A stretch of 64,000 nt of DNA from Ostreococcus lucimarinus (lineage: Eukaryota). The notes below the pieces were generated by a model. The model worked only from the letters and a program-made list of their open reading frames with translations, was not told the origin of the DNA and did not search any database. The first letter of the stretch is position 1, and each line of letters opens with the position of its first letter. The position numbers were made by a program, and so were the translations under genes. The stretch is from assembly GCA_000092065.1 (NCBI GenBank), contig CP000593.1; one strand, written 5' to 3'. Positions 38,675 through 48,409 of the stretch are shown here, one piece after another.

Positions 38675-41410
38675 TCACCGGGAAAGCGCCTCTGAGCGCG
38701 GCGGTGGCGAAAGCGATTGTCGCCGAGGTCTAGACGCTCGAGCTACTACTCTCGCCTCGGCTAAGCCTGTCTCCATGTTAGATACCGTCAGATTCAGGAG
38801 TGTCTCGAGCTGAGCAGTGACTTCGCTGAGTCGCTCGTTCGTTTCCGCCAACGCAGCTGTTTGCTTTGCCTGTGAAGATGTTATTTTACGATCGAGGGGC
38901 ACGAGGCGATTGGTGAGTTCGTCTACGCGGGTTTGCAACCGTTGAAGAGGATTCTCTGTGGATGTAGTATCCCACCCAGCCGCCGCAGCGGTGATCACGG
39001 GCGCTCGTGCGCTTGTCACGGGCGTCTGCGGCGGTGCTCCGTCTGTCGACGCCTTGTTAGCTCCCTTGCGCGGCGCCGTCATCGCCTTGCCCGTCGCCGC
39101 TTGTAGCGCTGTCGCCATCAAACTTGGCGGTCCAGAAGATTCATTTGTGACTACGTCTTCGATGTTCCCGTGATCGAGCAAAGAATTCAATTTCCGATGC
39201 ATCTCGGTCAGGGAGTACGCCAGGCGCCAATGAAACACGTCCACGGCGCGAGCCGTGTAACTCATCGGATCTCTCTCGCGTAATACTTTGTGGAAAATTC
39301 CTTGAACACCACGCTCAACGAGGAGTCGGTGGAGTGACACCCTATGAATCATGCCTCTGAAACGTTTCTGAATGACAACTGCCGCCTTCGTCTTCTGCTC
39401 GAGGATTTTCGGATCGTCCAAACCTTCTCCGTCGTCTCCGTAAATTATTCGCAACTTTTGTAAATAAAACGCAGGACGTGCGCTGACTTCGCGTGATAAA
39501 TCTGCGTCTAAGCCATACTTCTTCAAAGCGGTGTATGCTTTGGTATACGCGATTATTTCGCCTCTAAAAATAATCTTGATACCTTTGAGACGGAAGAACT
39601 TTTTCGTCGCGGGGAATGGCGCGAGCGACTCGTGAAAATCTTCGCGTTCGAGGGTGTAGATGTTCGCGTACGTCAACGCCTGTGCGCCGTAGAGCAGCGT
39701 ATCGGATGAGTACAACGCCTCCTCTGCGATAGTTTTCCCAGACATTTTTATCAATCCATCGACTTGAACGACACCACGGCGAATGAGGAAAATGGTTGAC
39801 ACTGCATCACCGGGTCTGAACAACGTCTCCTCTGGCGGAAACGTGTGCTCGACGACACGAGTCGACAAGTGAATGACCAGTGGCTCAGGGCAGTGTTTGA
39901 AAAAGTCGATATTACGTATCCACGTATTCATGCGCATAGTGCACTCAGATCGCAATGCCGGCGACATTTTGTCGAGCAATCTTCTGTACACGTCGGCGTC
40001 GGCGCCATCGAGTTGATACTTGAAATACTCTCGTAAGCGAACGCGCAAATCCTGGGGAAAACCGTGATCAATTAGGAATCCATTCAAGTCCCGCATCACG
40101 CCTTGGAACTTGTTCACCTTTTCGTTCCTCGTGGCGATGACGTTCGACACAGCCCCCACGATGTAACCGTACTCAAACGCGCCGATGAGCATGGCCATGA
40201 TGACGTACACTCGCTCTCCAGTCGTTACTGGAACGATGTCTCCGTAACCGATGGTGGAGATGGTCATCGTGGACCAGTATAGCGCCGCAAGATACAGCCT
40301 CAACGAGCCGACGATCTCTCGCGGCTCACCCCCGTCGGGACCGATGACCAAATCTCCGAACTCTGTGGATCGCGTCCAAGAGTACTTCGTCCCTTCCAAA
40401 TCTTCAACCAAGCCGAATCCACACGCGAGCCAATGCGCAAACATGATTGCCGTCAAGCCAAACTTCATGAGCTCTAATAATGAGTAATCGATGGTGTAAA
40501 CCAATTCCAGCCGCTTGTAAATTCGGTTCACTCGTAAAATCCGCACGAGTTTGACGAGACGCAGAAGACGCAACGTCCTCAGAATACTGAGCTGCGCCAA
40601 CGCGCTCGAGCCGACGCCCAAATACATGGCGTCGAACGGAATCGCCGACAAAAAGTCTATGACAAACCACTTTTTGAGATACGTTCGGGCGACGTACGCC
40701 TGATTGTAAACCAAGTGCCCAGTGCGGTGATGAGGCGTGGCGATGAAAAAGTTCAACACGAGGTCGGTGACAAAGCAAGCCGTCACGAACTGGTTGATGT
40801 AAAACAACGCGTTGAAACTCGGGGTATAGAAACCGACTTCCATCGGAGTCACGATGGCGGTGTAACACAACAAAGCCATCATCACCGCCTCCCACTTTTG
40901 CAGAACGGGCTTTTGCGGCGACAACACCGCACGACTCTTCTTGTATCGAGCGCTCTGTTTCTTTCGAATCCGCAAAGTCTGCTGGCGATTCTCGCTCTTC
41001 TTTTTGCTCGTAGACTTTGAACCTTTCTCCGAAGACGAGCTAAAAATACTGCTGCTTACGGATCCGGTCTTCGCGTCGAGCGTCAAGCACGCCGCCGCCT
41101 CCGCCCGCATCAAATCCAACGCCGTCAGCGCGTGCGCGTGTCCCGCGCCCCGATCACTATCTCGCAAGCTCTGTCGTCCGTGTCGCCATCGCGAATACGC
41201 CTCATTCGCGTTCTCTGACGCAGATCCTTCATCGGTGTCGCTCGGCGAGCGGCGCCCGTTCCCCTCGCGTCCCCGTCCGTTCGCCGTCCGCCACGCCGCG
41301 TCCGCGTCCGCGTCCGCGTCGCCCATCGATCGTCCGGAGCGCATCACCGCGTCCATCGCTTCGAAGCCGTCGGCGTCGTCGTCGTCGTCGCGCGCGTCGC
41401 GTCGGTCCAT
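38675..41410 (-). CDS. Voltage-gated K+ channel with a C-terminal cNMP-binding-homology domain and coiled-coil (plant Shaker/EAG-like)
   Basis: Pore TISTIGYGDIVPVTTGERV, an S4 region LRTLRLLRLVKLVRILRVNRIYKRL, and a cNBD-like beta-roll (LFRPGDAVSTIFLIRRGVVQV). Confidence 0.8.
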   Translation of the reverse strand: MDRRDARDDDDDADGFEAMDAVMRSGRSMGDADADADAAWRTANGRGREGNGRRSPSDTDEGSASENANEAYSRWRHGRQSLRDSDRGAGHAHALTALDLMRAEAAACLTLDAKTGSVSSSIFSSSSEKGSKSTSKKKSENRQQTLRIRKKQSARYKKSRAVLSPQKPVLQKWEAVMMALLCYTAIVTPMEVGFYTPSFNALFYINQFVTACFVTDLVLNFFIATPHHRTGHLVYNQAYVARTYLKKWFVIDFLSAIPFDAMYLGVGSSALAQLSILRTLRLLRLVKLVRILRVNRIYKRLELVYTIDYSLLELMKFGLTAIMFAHWLACGFGLVEDLEGTKYSWTRSTEFGDLVIGPDGGEPREIVGSLRLYLAALYWSTMTISTIGYGDIVPVTTGERVYVIMAMLIGAFEYGYIVGAVSNVIATRNEKVNKFQGVMRDLNGFLIDHGFPQDLRVRLREYFKYQLDGADADVYRRLLDKMSPALRSECTMRMNTWIRNIDFFKHCPEPLVIHLSTRVVEHTFPPEETLFRPGDAVSTIFLIRRGVVQVDGLIKMSGKTIAEEALYSSDTLLYGAQALTYANIYTLEREDFHESLAPFPATKKFFRLKGIKIIFRGEIIAYTKAYTALKKYGLDADLSREVSARPAFYLQKLRIIYGDDGEGLDDPKILEQKTKAAVVIQKRFRGMIHRVSLHRLLVERGVQGIFHKVLRERDPMSYTARAVDVFHWRLAYSLTEMHRKLNSLLDHGNIEDVVTNESSGPPSLMATALQAATGKAMTAPRKGANKASTDGAPPQTPVTSARAPVITAAAAGWDTTSTENPLQRLQTRVDELTNRLVPLDRKITSSQAKQTAALAETNERLSEVTAQLETLLNLTVSNMETGLAEARVVARASRPRRQSLSPPPRSEALSR

Positions 41411-41693
41411 CGCGCGTCACGGTTGGAATCGAACGACTCGATGCGAACGCGCGAATCGTCGACGCGCGTCGCGCGCGCGCGCGCGGGCGACGCCGGCGCG
41501 GTCGCGGGACGCGCGCGCACCACGGGTAGTCGTCGGGACGCGCGCGGTGCGCGCGCGGCGACGCGACGTCGCGGAGTGTCGTCTTTGACCACCGCGGCCT
41601 TTCGAGGCGAATGCACCGGCACGCACCGGCGCGACTGCGGGCGAGAGGAAATGCGAGAGGAAGTGCGAGAGACGCGGCGTTACAAGGGTCGCG

Positions 41694-43797
41694 CTATCCA
41701 CGCTTTGCGCCGCAAAAGGCGCAAAATTTCGCCGCGGGCTTGTCGAAGCCGACGCCGCAGGAGATACAAAACTTTGCGCCGCGAGACGCGCCGGCGGTGG
41801 CGCGTCCGATGCCGGGCGCGAGCGTCTCGCAGTCGGCGCCGAGAGGAGTCTGATCGAGGAATTCGGGCTCTGGGATGCCTCGGGTGTCGCAAACGCGACA
41901 GGCGAATAAGGAACCGGCATCCATGCGACCGGGCTCGGCGCGCGTGGTGACAAAGAGTGTGTCGAGTTCGGGGCCGCCGAGCGTGACGGAGGTGGGCGCC
42001 TTGACGGGGAGCTCGACGACGAGGTCGACGGCGCCTTGCGGGGTGATGCGAATGACTTGACCGGCGCCGGAAATCGCAGCCCACAAGTTACCGTCTTCGT
42101 CGCACTGCGCGCCATCGGGTCCGCCGCTCATCGAGCTCGGGAGCTCGTAGAGAAGGCGACGATTGGACGGTCCGACGCGAGAGTCGTAGTCGAACTGGTA
42201 AATTTTCCGCGTCGGTGTATCGCAGAAAAACATCGTCGTTCCCGATCTCGAGAAGCAAATGCAGTTGCTGCACCTGAATTTGTAGTCCAGAATTTCTTCC
42301 AACTCGCCTCCGTTTCCGGGCAGGCGCCATAATCCGCCGATGGGCGCCGCGTCAACGCGGTGGGCGTTGTTGTACGAACCGATGACAAAGGAGCCGGCTC
42401 GGTCGACTCGCCCGTCGTTCGGGCGCGTGTTCAATCCAGGTTCGAACTCGCTCAAGAGCTTCAACTTCTTCGTCGACGGGTCGAATGCGTGGAGTCCAGA
42501 CTCTAAACCGAGGAGCAAGGTGCCGTTAGACCGAAGCGCGACGCAGCCGAGCGTCTCTCCGAAGTTGTTTCGTGTGGGCGCCGACTTCAAGTCCCACGAA
42601 AACAACGTACCGCTCGGTGCGTCGACCCAGTAAAGGGTCTGACGTTCTTGCGACCATATCGGAGACTCGCCGAGTTGCATGCCGCAAGGAACGACTTCTT
42701 CGGCCCAGAGCTTTTGCGGTCCTACGGGGGATTCGTCAAAGTTGAAGATTCTGCCAAACTGCTCGGCGTTGAGCGAGGCCCCGCCGACGAGGCAACCATC
42801 GACGTCCGGCGCCTGCATGAGCTCATCCACCGTTTCTGGCTTCACGCTACCACCGTACTGAATTTGAATTTTCGCCGCCACGGATTCGCCGTAATTCGTT
42901 CGGAACCATTGGCGAATGCCCGCGTGAACTGACTGGGCGATCGCCGGCGTCGCCGTTAATCCCGTGCCGATGGCCCACACGGGCTCGTACGCGATGATAA
43001 CCTTGGACATTTCATCCGCTTCTACACCGCTGAGCGCCGCGCTGAGTTGCCTGTTGCAGACCTTTTTCGCCTCACCTCGTTCGTACTCTTCCTTCGTTTC
43101 GCCGATGCACAGTACCGCGGTCATGCCGCAGTCGAGCGTCTTTCGAGTCTTGAGTCGCGTCATCTCATCCGTCTCCCCGAAAAGTTCTCGGCGTTCAGAG
43201 TGCCCGATGAGCACGTGCGTGCACCCCACGCTCTTCGCCATTTCCGCGCTCATCTCCCCCGTGAACGCACCCGAGGCTTCGAAGTAAATATTCTGAGCCC
43301 CCACGGCGACGCCGCTTCCCTCCAACTACGTTTAGGATAACGTTAACGTTCGCGTCAGTCCATCGTCCGAGTTCGCGCGCGCGCCCGCGCTTCGACTCAT
43401 CCCGCGCGAGTCCGCGTAACTATGACTATGAATTTCAAAAGCAGCAGCCCCGGTAGAGGACCGGCTTCAATTCTCAACAATGTGTAAAGTCTCTTCATCC
43501 TCGCTCGATTCGGATAGAATCGCGTTCCTTCGTCGCGTCGCGCGTTCGCTTCGTTCGTACCGTTCTCGCCACCTCAGCCGCAAACGGCGCCGGCGGACAC
43601 ACAAAAACCTCTGTTTTACTCTTATTCGTCCCGATTCCACCGTCTCGCGCCGCCGCGCCGACCAACGCCGCCAACGTCCTCGCCTCGTCCAGCGTCTTCG
43701 GGTTGAGCTTCCAATTCCCCGCCATGACCGCGTTTCTCTTCCCTCGCCCGCTCTCATCGCGCGCGCCGACCTCCGCGCGCACGCTCGCCATCGCCAT
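41694..43797 (-). CDS. TPI: Triose-phosphate isomerase fused to an SMP-30/gluconolactonase/LRE-like (SGL) beta-propeller plus a C-terminal zinc ribbon, two exons: complement(join(41694..43325,43561..43797))
   Basis: Exon 1 gives the short presequence MAMASVRAEVGARDESGRGKRNAV followed by MAGNWKLNPK...EVFVCPPAPFAAEVART. Exon 2 begins LEGSGVAVGAQNIYFEASGAFTGE, aligning with human TPI ...[27 protein letters not shown]. TIM catalytic blocks are present: VLIGHSERR, AYEPVWAIGTG, YGGSV, GCLVGGASL. The same ORF then continues without a stop into an SGL domain (VVPCGMQLGESPIWSQERQTLYWVDAPSG...RPNDGRVDRAGSF...GGPDGAQCDEDGNLWAA...TSVTLGGPELDTLFVTT), which aligns with regucalcin. It ends with CISCG...CAFCG. 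The start could lie further upstream, up to about 44010, if a longer transit peptide is used. Confidence 0.75.
43326..43560 (-). other. Spliceosomal intron of the TPI gene (235 nt, phase 0): donor GTACGA, branch-like GGACTGACG, acceptor AACGTAG
   Basis: The stop codon separating the two TIM ORF pieces is removed, and the TIM alignment (ART|LEGSGVAVGAQN) is restored. Confidence 0.75.
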
Positions 43798-44075
43798 GGA
43801 CCTTTCGAGCGCATCGATCGCCTCCGCGCGCTCCCCCGGCGCTCTCAGCGCGTCATCTTTCGTCGCCGCCGGCGATTCTCGGCGGCGGTTGAATCGATCG
43901 AACACGCCCGCGCGCGTCGTCGCGCGTCGACCCCGTCGCGCCGCGCGCGTCGTCGCCGCGCTCGCGCCCGCGCTTCGCCCGCGCATCGCGCTCTGCCGCG
44001 CGCCGAGCATCGCGACGTCGCGCGCGCGCGTCGTCGTGTGTCGAGCGCGGTCGCCAGTGCGCGACGCGACGCGCG
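43798..44075. promoter_or_regulatory. Short divergent promoter region between the TPI-fusion gene (minus) and the ARC3-like gene (plus)
   Basis: Head-to-head starts within 280 bp or less. Confidence 0.3.
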
Positions 44076-46136
44076 ATGCGCGCGGCGCGCGCGCGGACCG
44101 GCGCGATCGGCGCGCGCGCGACGCGGCGCGCGTCGTCGACGCGCGCGCGTCGCGACGCGGCGCGCATCGGCGCGTCCGCGGCGTCGAAATCATCGTCGCC
44201 GTCGTCCGAGAGGGACGACATCGGCGCGGACGGCGCCGGCGTCGCCGTCGTCGGCGTCGGCGCGCGCGGGTGCGCGCTCGTCGACGCGCTCGTCGACGCC
44301 AGAGCGCTGCCGAGGGCGGAGATGTGGGCGATGCACGCGGACGAGGACGCGCTCGAGCGCTCGCGCGCGGCGAACCGGTGGCGGTTGCCGCCGGCGAACG
44401 TCGAGGCGACGACGACGGCGATCGAGGGCAACGCGGCGAGCGCGGCGAGAGCGGTGATGGCGATGGGAGCGCCGAGGGTGATGGTGGTCGTGTGCGCGGG
44501 AGGGGAGGCGGTGGAGAGCGCGACGGCGTTTACGCGATGGGCGACGCGGGAGAAGAACGCGCGAGCGAAGAAGAAACGGTTTTTTGGATTCAAGGGAGCG
44601 AATCGCGCGCCGGAGGGTGAGATCATGATCGCGGGGGTGATCGAACCGTTCACGTTCGAGGGAAGGCGGAAGCAACGCGGGTGCGATGAGTTTTTGAGAG
44701 CGTGCGCGGAGCCGGGGGCGTGCGACGCGGCGCTGACGGTGTCGCAGTCCGAGCTGTTGAAGAACGGAGAGGATGGAATGTCCGTGCAAGACGCGACGTC
44801 GATCGCGGATGCGTCTTTGTTGTACGCCGTGCTGAGCGCGGTGGAATCGCTCCGATCGAGCTGCTGGAGCTCGGGCGGGGAACGCGACGCGAGCGACGTC
44901 GACGCGTGGACGCCTCAAATCGAAAAGGGTGGGCGTCTTCGGGCGAAGGTGAACGATGTCATGTCGTCTCACGGTGGTGGGTGCGGCGTCGCGCACGTAG
45001 GTCGCGGTGTCGCCGATGTGCCGACGTACGGAAGCGCGGACGAGGCGATCGCCGCCGCCGCGCGCGCCGCCATCGCGACGGCGGCGCGGCAGAGTCCTTT
45101 TCTGGCTCCCGGGCGCTTCGACACCGCTCGATTGGTCATCTGCACCGTGAAGCACGGCAACGCGTTTGGACCGCTCGCGCGCGCGACGATTTCTCAAGCG
45201 CTGAGTGAACTCACGAGTGCGGAACAATTCATTTCAATCGCGAATCCAGACAAGAGAGGCTCGACCGAAGTGGAAGTGACCCTGCTCACCGTCACCGACG
45301 CCGAAACGGCGGCGGCACCGGCGCCGGAATCAAAGACCGTTCCCGTCGTGTCCGAGGACCCACTGCATAAGTCGAATCCGATGCTGTTCGTGCCTGGATA
45401 CGTTGCCGGCGAAGAGCAGACAAAGCGTAAGACGACGAAGCTTTCGCGGGACGATTTGAAAAATTTCGGTAACGACGACACGCAAGCGATTGTCGCCACG
45501 GAAGAGCGCGCCGTAATTTTCACCTCCGATCAACTCGCGACGACTGCCGTCATCGCACCGGAAGTAACCGGCGCTGAGCGCTCTTCACGCTCCGCTGCGC
45601 TTCCTCTCCCGCGCGACTTCGCCACCAAGCAAGTCACCGTGCGCGTCAGCGAACCGCGGATGGACGAGTCTGGTAACGTCATCGGCTACAAGACGTTGCA
45701 AGGCGAGGAACCGGACAAAAAGTCTTCACCGGTCAAAACTCTGTTTGGGTGGCGACCCGACAAACCCAAAAAGCAAGAAAAATCTGAACTCTCCAGGCGC
45801 GCGCTCGGCATGCTCGAACAAGACGGGAAAAGAAGAGGAGCCGCCGTTCGAATGGAATTCGCCAACACCTCCGTCTACGAAGGCGAATGGGCGGACGGAA
45901 AACGCGAGGGTGTCGGTCGTCAAGTATTTGCGGACGGTGATTGGTACGAGGGGAATTGGTTTGCAGATCTCCCGGACGGGAAAGGGAAGCTTAGCTTCAA
46001 GACGGGAGAAAACAGCTTCTTTGAAGGCATGTTCAACGCGGGCGTGCCGGATGGCCCGGGTAAGCTCGTGCGCACATCGGGCGACGAGCTCGTCGGCATG
46101 TGGCGCGACGGTGCGTACGTGGACGAGGAGAATTAG
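44076..46136 (+). CDS. ARC3: ARC3-like chloroplast division protein (FtsZ-like GTPase-fold N-domain + C-terminal MORN repeats)
   Basis: N-terminal transit-peptide-like region. An FtsZ-like block VAVVGVGARGCALVDALV...MWAMHADEDAL...VMVVVCAGGEAV. C-terminal MORN repeats (YEGEWADGKREGVGRQVFADGDWYEGNWFADLPDGKGKLSF...FEGMFNAGVPDGPGKLV). FtsZ+MORN is the defining ARC3 architecture. Confidence 0.6.
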   Translation: MRAARARTGAIGARATRRASSTRARRDAARIGASAASKSSSPSSERDDIGADGAGVAVVGVGARGCALVDALVDARALPRAEMWAMHADEDALERSRAANRWRLPPANVEATTTAIEGNAASAARAVMAMGAPRVMVVVCAGGEAVESATAFTRWATREKNARAKKKRFFGFKGANRAPEGEIMIAGVIEPFTFEGRRKQRGCDEFLRACAEPGACDAALTVSQSELLKNGEDGMSVQDATSIADASLLYAVLSAVESLRSSCWSSGGERDASDVDAWTPQIEKGGRLRAKVNDVMSSHGGGCGVAHVGRGVADVPTYGSADEAIAAAARAAIATAARQSPFLAPGRFDTARLVICTVKHGNAFGPLARATISQALSELTSAEQFISIANPDKRGSTEVEVTLLTVTDAETAAAPAPESKTVPVVSEDPLHKSNPMLFVPGYVAGEEQTKRKTTKLSRDDLKNFGNDDTQAIVATEERAVIFTSDQLATTAVIAPEVTGAERSSRSAALPLPRDFATKQVTVRVSEPRMDESGNVIGYKTLQGEEPDKKSSPVKTLFGWRPDKPKKQEKSELSRRALGMLEQDGKRRGAAVRMEFANTSVYEGEWADGKREGVGRQVFADGDWYEGNWFADLPDGKGKLSFKTGENSFFEGMFNAGVPDGPGKLVRTSGDELVGMWRDGAYVDEEN

Positions 46137-46181
46137 GCAGCGCGCTCTGTATGTAATTACACGGTATTATTCTGACACGAC

Positions 46182-47393
46182 TCAAAACTTTTCAAGTCGG
46201 CGATCGGCGCACACGTCTGTGAGCGTGCGCAGAACGTTGGGGCGAGCCAAGATGACGCTCCCGACATCGGACTTGGAGAACTCCAAAACCCAAACGTTTC
46301 CATCGCCTTCGTACGGCGCCATGACCGTCGCTCGACGCTCTTCGCCAGTCATGAGCGCGATTTCGCCGAAGAAATCGCCCGCGAGCATGGTGGCCACTTG
46401 CAACGGTTCGCCTCGATTCTTCGCCGCGTCCGTCACGACGACGTGCATTTTCCCTAATACGACGACAAACATCGAGGTACCGCGCTCGCCTTGACGCACC
46501 ACGCGCGCACCACGTCTCACGAAGCAACATTTCGAGCCGTCGAGCATGTCGCCGATGGACAAATCGTCGAGCGTGCCGAACAGCTTCGGCGCCGTCGCGC
46601 GCAAATGCGACAACCACTTCTGCCGCGACCACTTCCGCGGATCCTCCGCCTTACCCATAGACGACGAAGGCGACAGCGTCTTCTTCTTTTCAAACTTCGA
46701 AACCGTATTCGCCGCCGTCGACGCTTCCACCTCCGGCCCGACGCGTCCCAACCGCGGCAGCGACGCCGCGAATTCATTCTCCTCGTTCGCTATTTCACCG
46801 TAATTCACCGTCGCCGCGGGCGCGCGCGCGTGCGTCTGCTGTCGTCGCGCCGTCGGCGATTCCGACCGCGACGGCGGCGCGCTCAAACGTTTCTCTCTCG
46901 CTCGTCGCCCCTCGTCGTCGTCCGCCGCCGCCTCCTCGCGCGTCTCGCGCGTCCCCTTCCCGACCACCGCCGTCGTCCCCGCGCTCGCGCCCCGCGCCAA
47001 TCGCACCGTCAGCGCCTCGATCTTCGCGCTCTGGTCGTCGATCGCCGTCGTCACGTCGTTCACCACCGCGTCGTAAATCTTCGGCACGCTTCGCGAAATC
47101 CAAGCCAACTTCCCATTCATCCTGATCTGCGTCTCCTGCATCGCCGTCAGCGTCTCCAACACCGCGCGCTGCGCGTCCATCGACGTCTCGCGTCGCCTCG
47201 CGTCGTCGTCGTCGTCGCGGCGCGTCGTCGTCGTCGCGCGCGCGCGCGCGTCGCCGTCGAACGCGGCGCCGTGGATCGCCGTCTTCGTCGCCGCCTCGCG
47301 CGCGCGATCGCGCACGGCGCGACGACGATCGAGGGCGAGGGCGTCGTCGCCGTCGAGGGCGTCGTCGAGGGCGATCGCGGCGTCGGCGCGCAT
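46182..47393 (-). CDS. Coiled-coil protein with a C-terminal cyclic-nucleotide-binding domain
   Basis: cNBD beta-roll: VVRQGERGTSMFVVVLGKMHVVV...LAGDFFGEIALMTGEERRATVMA. Confidence 0.55.
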   Translation of the reverse strand: MRADAAIALDDALDGDDALALDRRRAVRDRAREAATKTAIHGAAFDGDARARATTTTRRDDDDDARRRETSMDAQRAVLETLTAMQETQIRMNGKLAWISRSVPKIYDAVVNDVTTAIDDQSAKIEALTVRLARGASAGTTAVVGKGTRETREEAAADDDEGRRAREKRLSAPPSRSESPTARRQQTHARAPAATVNYGEIANEENEFAASLPRLGRVGPEVEASTAANTVSKFEKKKTLSPSSSMGKAEDPRKWSRQKWLSHLRATAPKLFGTLDDLSIGDMLDGSKCCFVRRGARVVRQGERGTSMFVVVLGKMHVVVTDAAKNRGEPLQVATMLAGDFFGEIALMTGEERRATVMAPYEGDGNVWVLEFSKSDVGSVILARPNVLRTLTDVCADRRLEKF

Positions 47394-47550
47394 CGCGCGC
47401 GCGGCGACGCGTCGCGACGTGTCGCGATGCGTCGCGATTCTCTCGTGGTTGTTATAGAGGGTTTAGTCGGTTAAATGCGTAACCGGAACGTTTCGGAATT
47501 TATACCGGCGTCGCGACCGCCGGCGGCGGCGCCACACCGACGCGCGCACG

Positions 47551-48241
47551 ATGGGCAAGGAAAAGACCCCGAAGAAGGACAAGAAGGAGAAGACGCCCAA
47601 AAAGGACAAGTCCGCGTCGCCCGGCGGCGACAGCGAGGACGAGGGCGACGGCGCGCTGCGTCCGACGGCGCCGATCGCGACGCCGCTCGCGGATTTGAAG
47701 ACGACGAAAAAGATACTCAAAGTGGTGAAAAAGGGTGCGCGCGACGCGACGCGCGACGCGAACGCGCGCGACGCGAGTCGTTCGACCGTTGTGCGCGAAC
47801 GGGGGGCGAAAGAGGGCGAACGCGCGCGCGGAGGGGGGGAATGGGAGAATTGTTGAGAATTCGGGACGCAAAGCGACGACTGACGAGACGACGGGCGAAC
47901 GCGAAACAGCGGCCAAGGCGAAGCAGGTGAGACGAGGGGTGAAAGAGGTCGTCAAGGCGTTGAAGAAGGAAACCAAGGGTGTGTGCGTGATCGCTGGGGA
48001 TATCTCGCCCATCGACGTCATCACGCACGTGCCGATTCTGTGCGAGGAGGCGGGCGTGCCGTACGTGTACGTGCACAGTAAGGAAGAGCTCGGTGCGGCT
48101 GGTATGACAAAAAGACCGACGTCGGTGATGCTCGTGATGCCGGAGGGCGTGAAGGGGAGCGTGAAGATGAGTTCGAGCGATAAAAAGGAATTCGACGACA
48201 TGTACGAGAAGATTCTCGCGAAGGTGAAATCGATGAAGTAA
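47551..48241 (+). CDS. NHP2: H/ACA snoRNP protein NHP2 (L7Ae family), two exons: join(47551..47734,47910..48241)
   Basis: Exon 1 is MGKEKTPKKDKKEKTPKKDK...PLADLKTTKKILKVVKK, and exon 2 is AAKAKQVRRGVKEVVKALKKETKGVCVIAGDISPIDVITHVPILCEEAGVPYVYVHSKEELGAAG. The splice restores VVKKAAKAKQVRRGVKEV, matching NHP2 LVKKAAKHKQLRRGVKEV. The two exon lengths sum to a multiple of 3 across a phase-1 intron. Confidence 0.85.
47735..47909 (+). other. Spliceosomal intron of NHP2 (175 nt, phase 1): donor GTGCGCGCG, branch-like CGACTGACG, acceptor GAAACAG
   Basis: The frame shift between the two ORF pieces is resolved exactly by this GT...AG pair. Confidence 0.75.
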
Positions 48242-48409
48242 AATTTAATTGGTTGAACGAGGATGACGACGGACGAACGCGTCGGCATCGTATTTTGATA
48301 GTTCGATAAGTGTAATGTATACCAAACGTTTACTACGATGACCACCGGGAGCACGAACCGGGAGACGCTACGAGTCTAAAGAAATAATGATGCGCGGCGA
48401 CGCCTCGCG

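Noticed and set aside
42421-42460. The tRNA B-box-like string GGTTCGAACTC
   Set aside because: It is embedded in the SGL-domain coding sequence. There is no matching A-box or cloverleaf around it, and the B-box consensus (GGTTCGANTCC) is not fully met.
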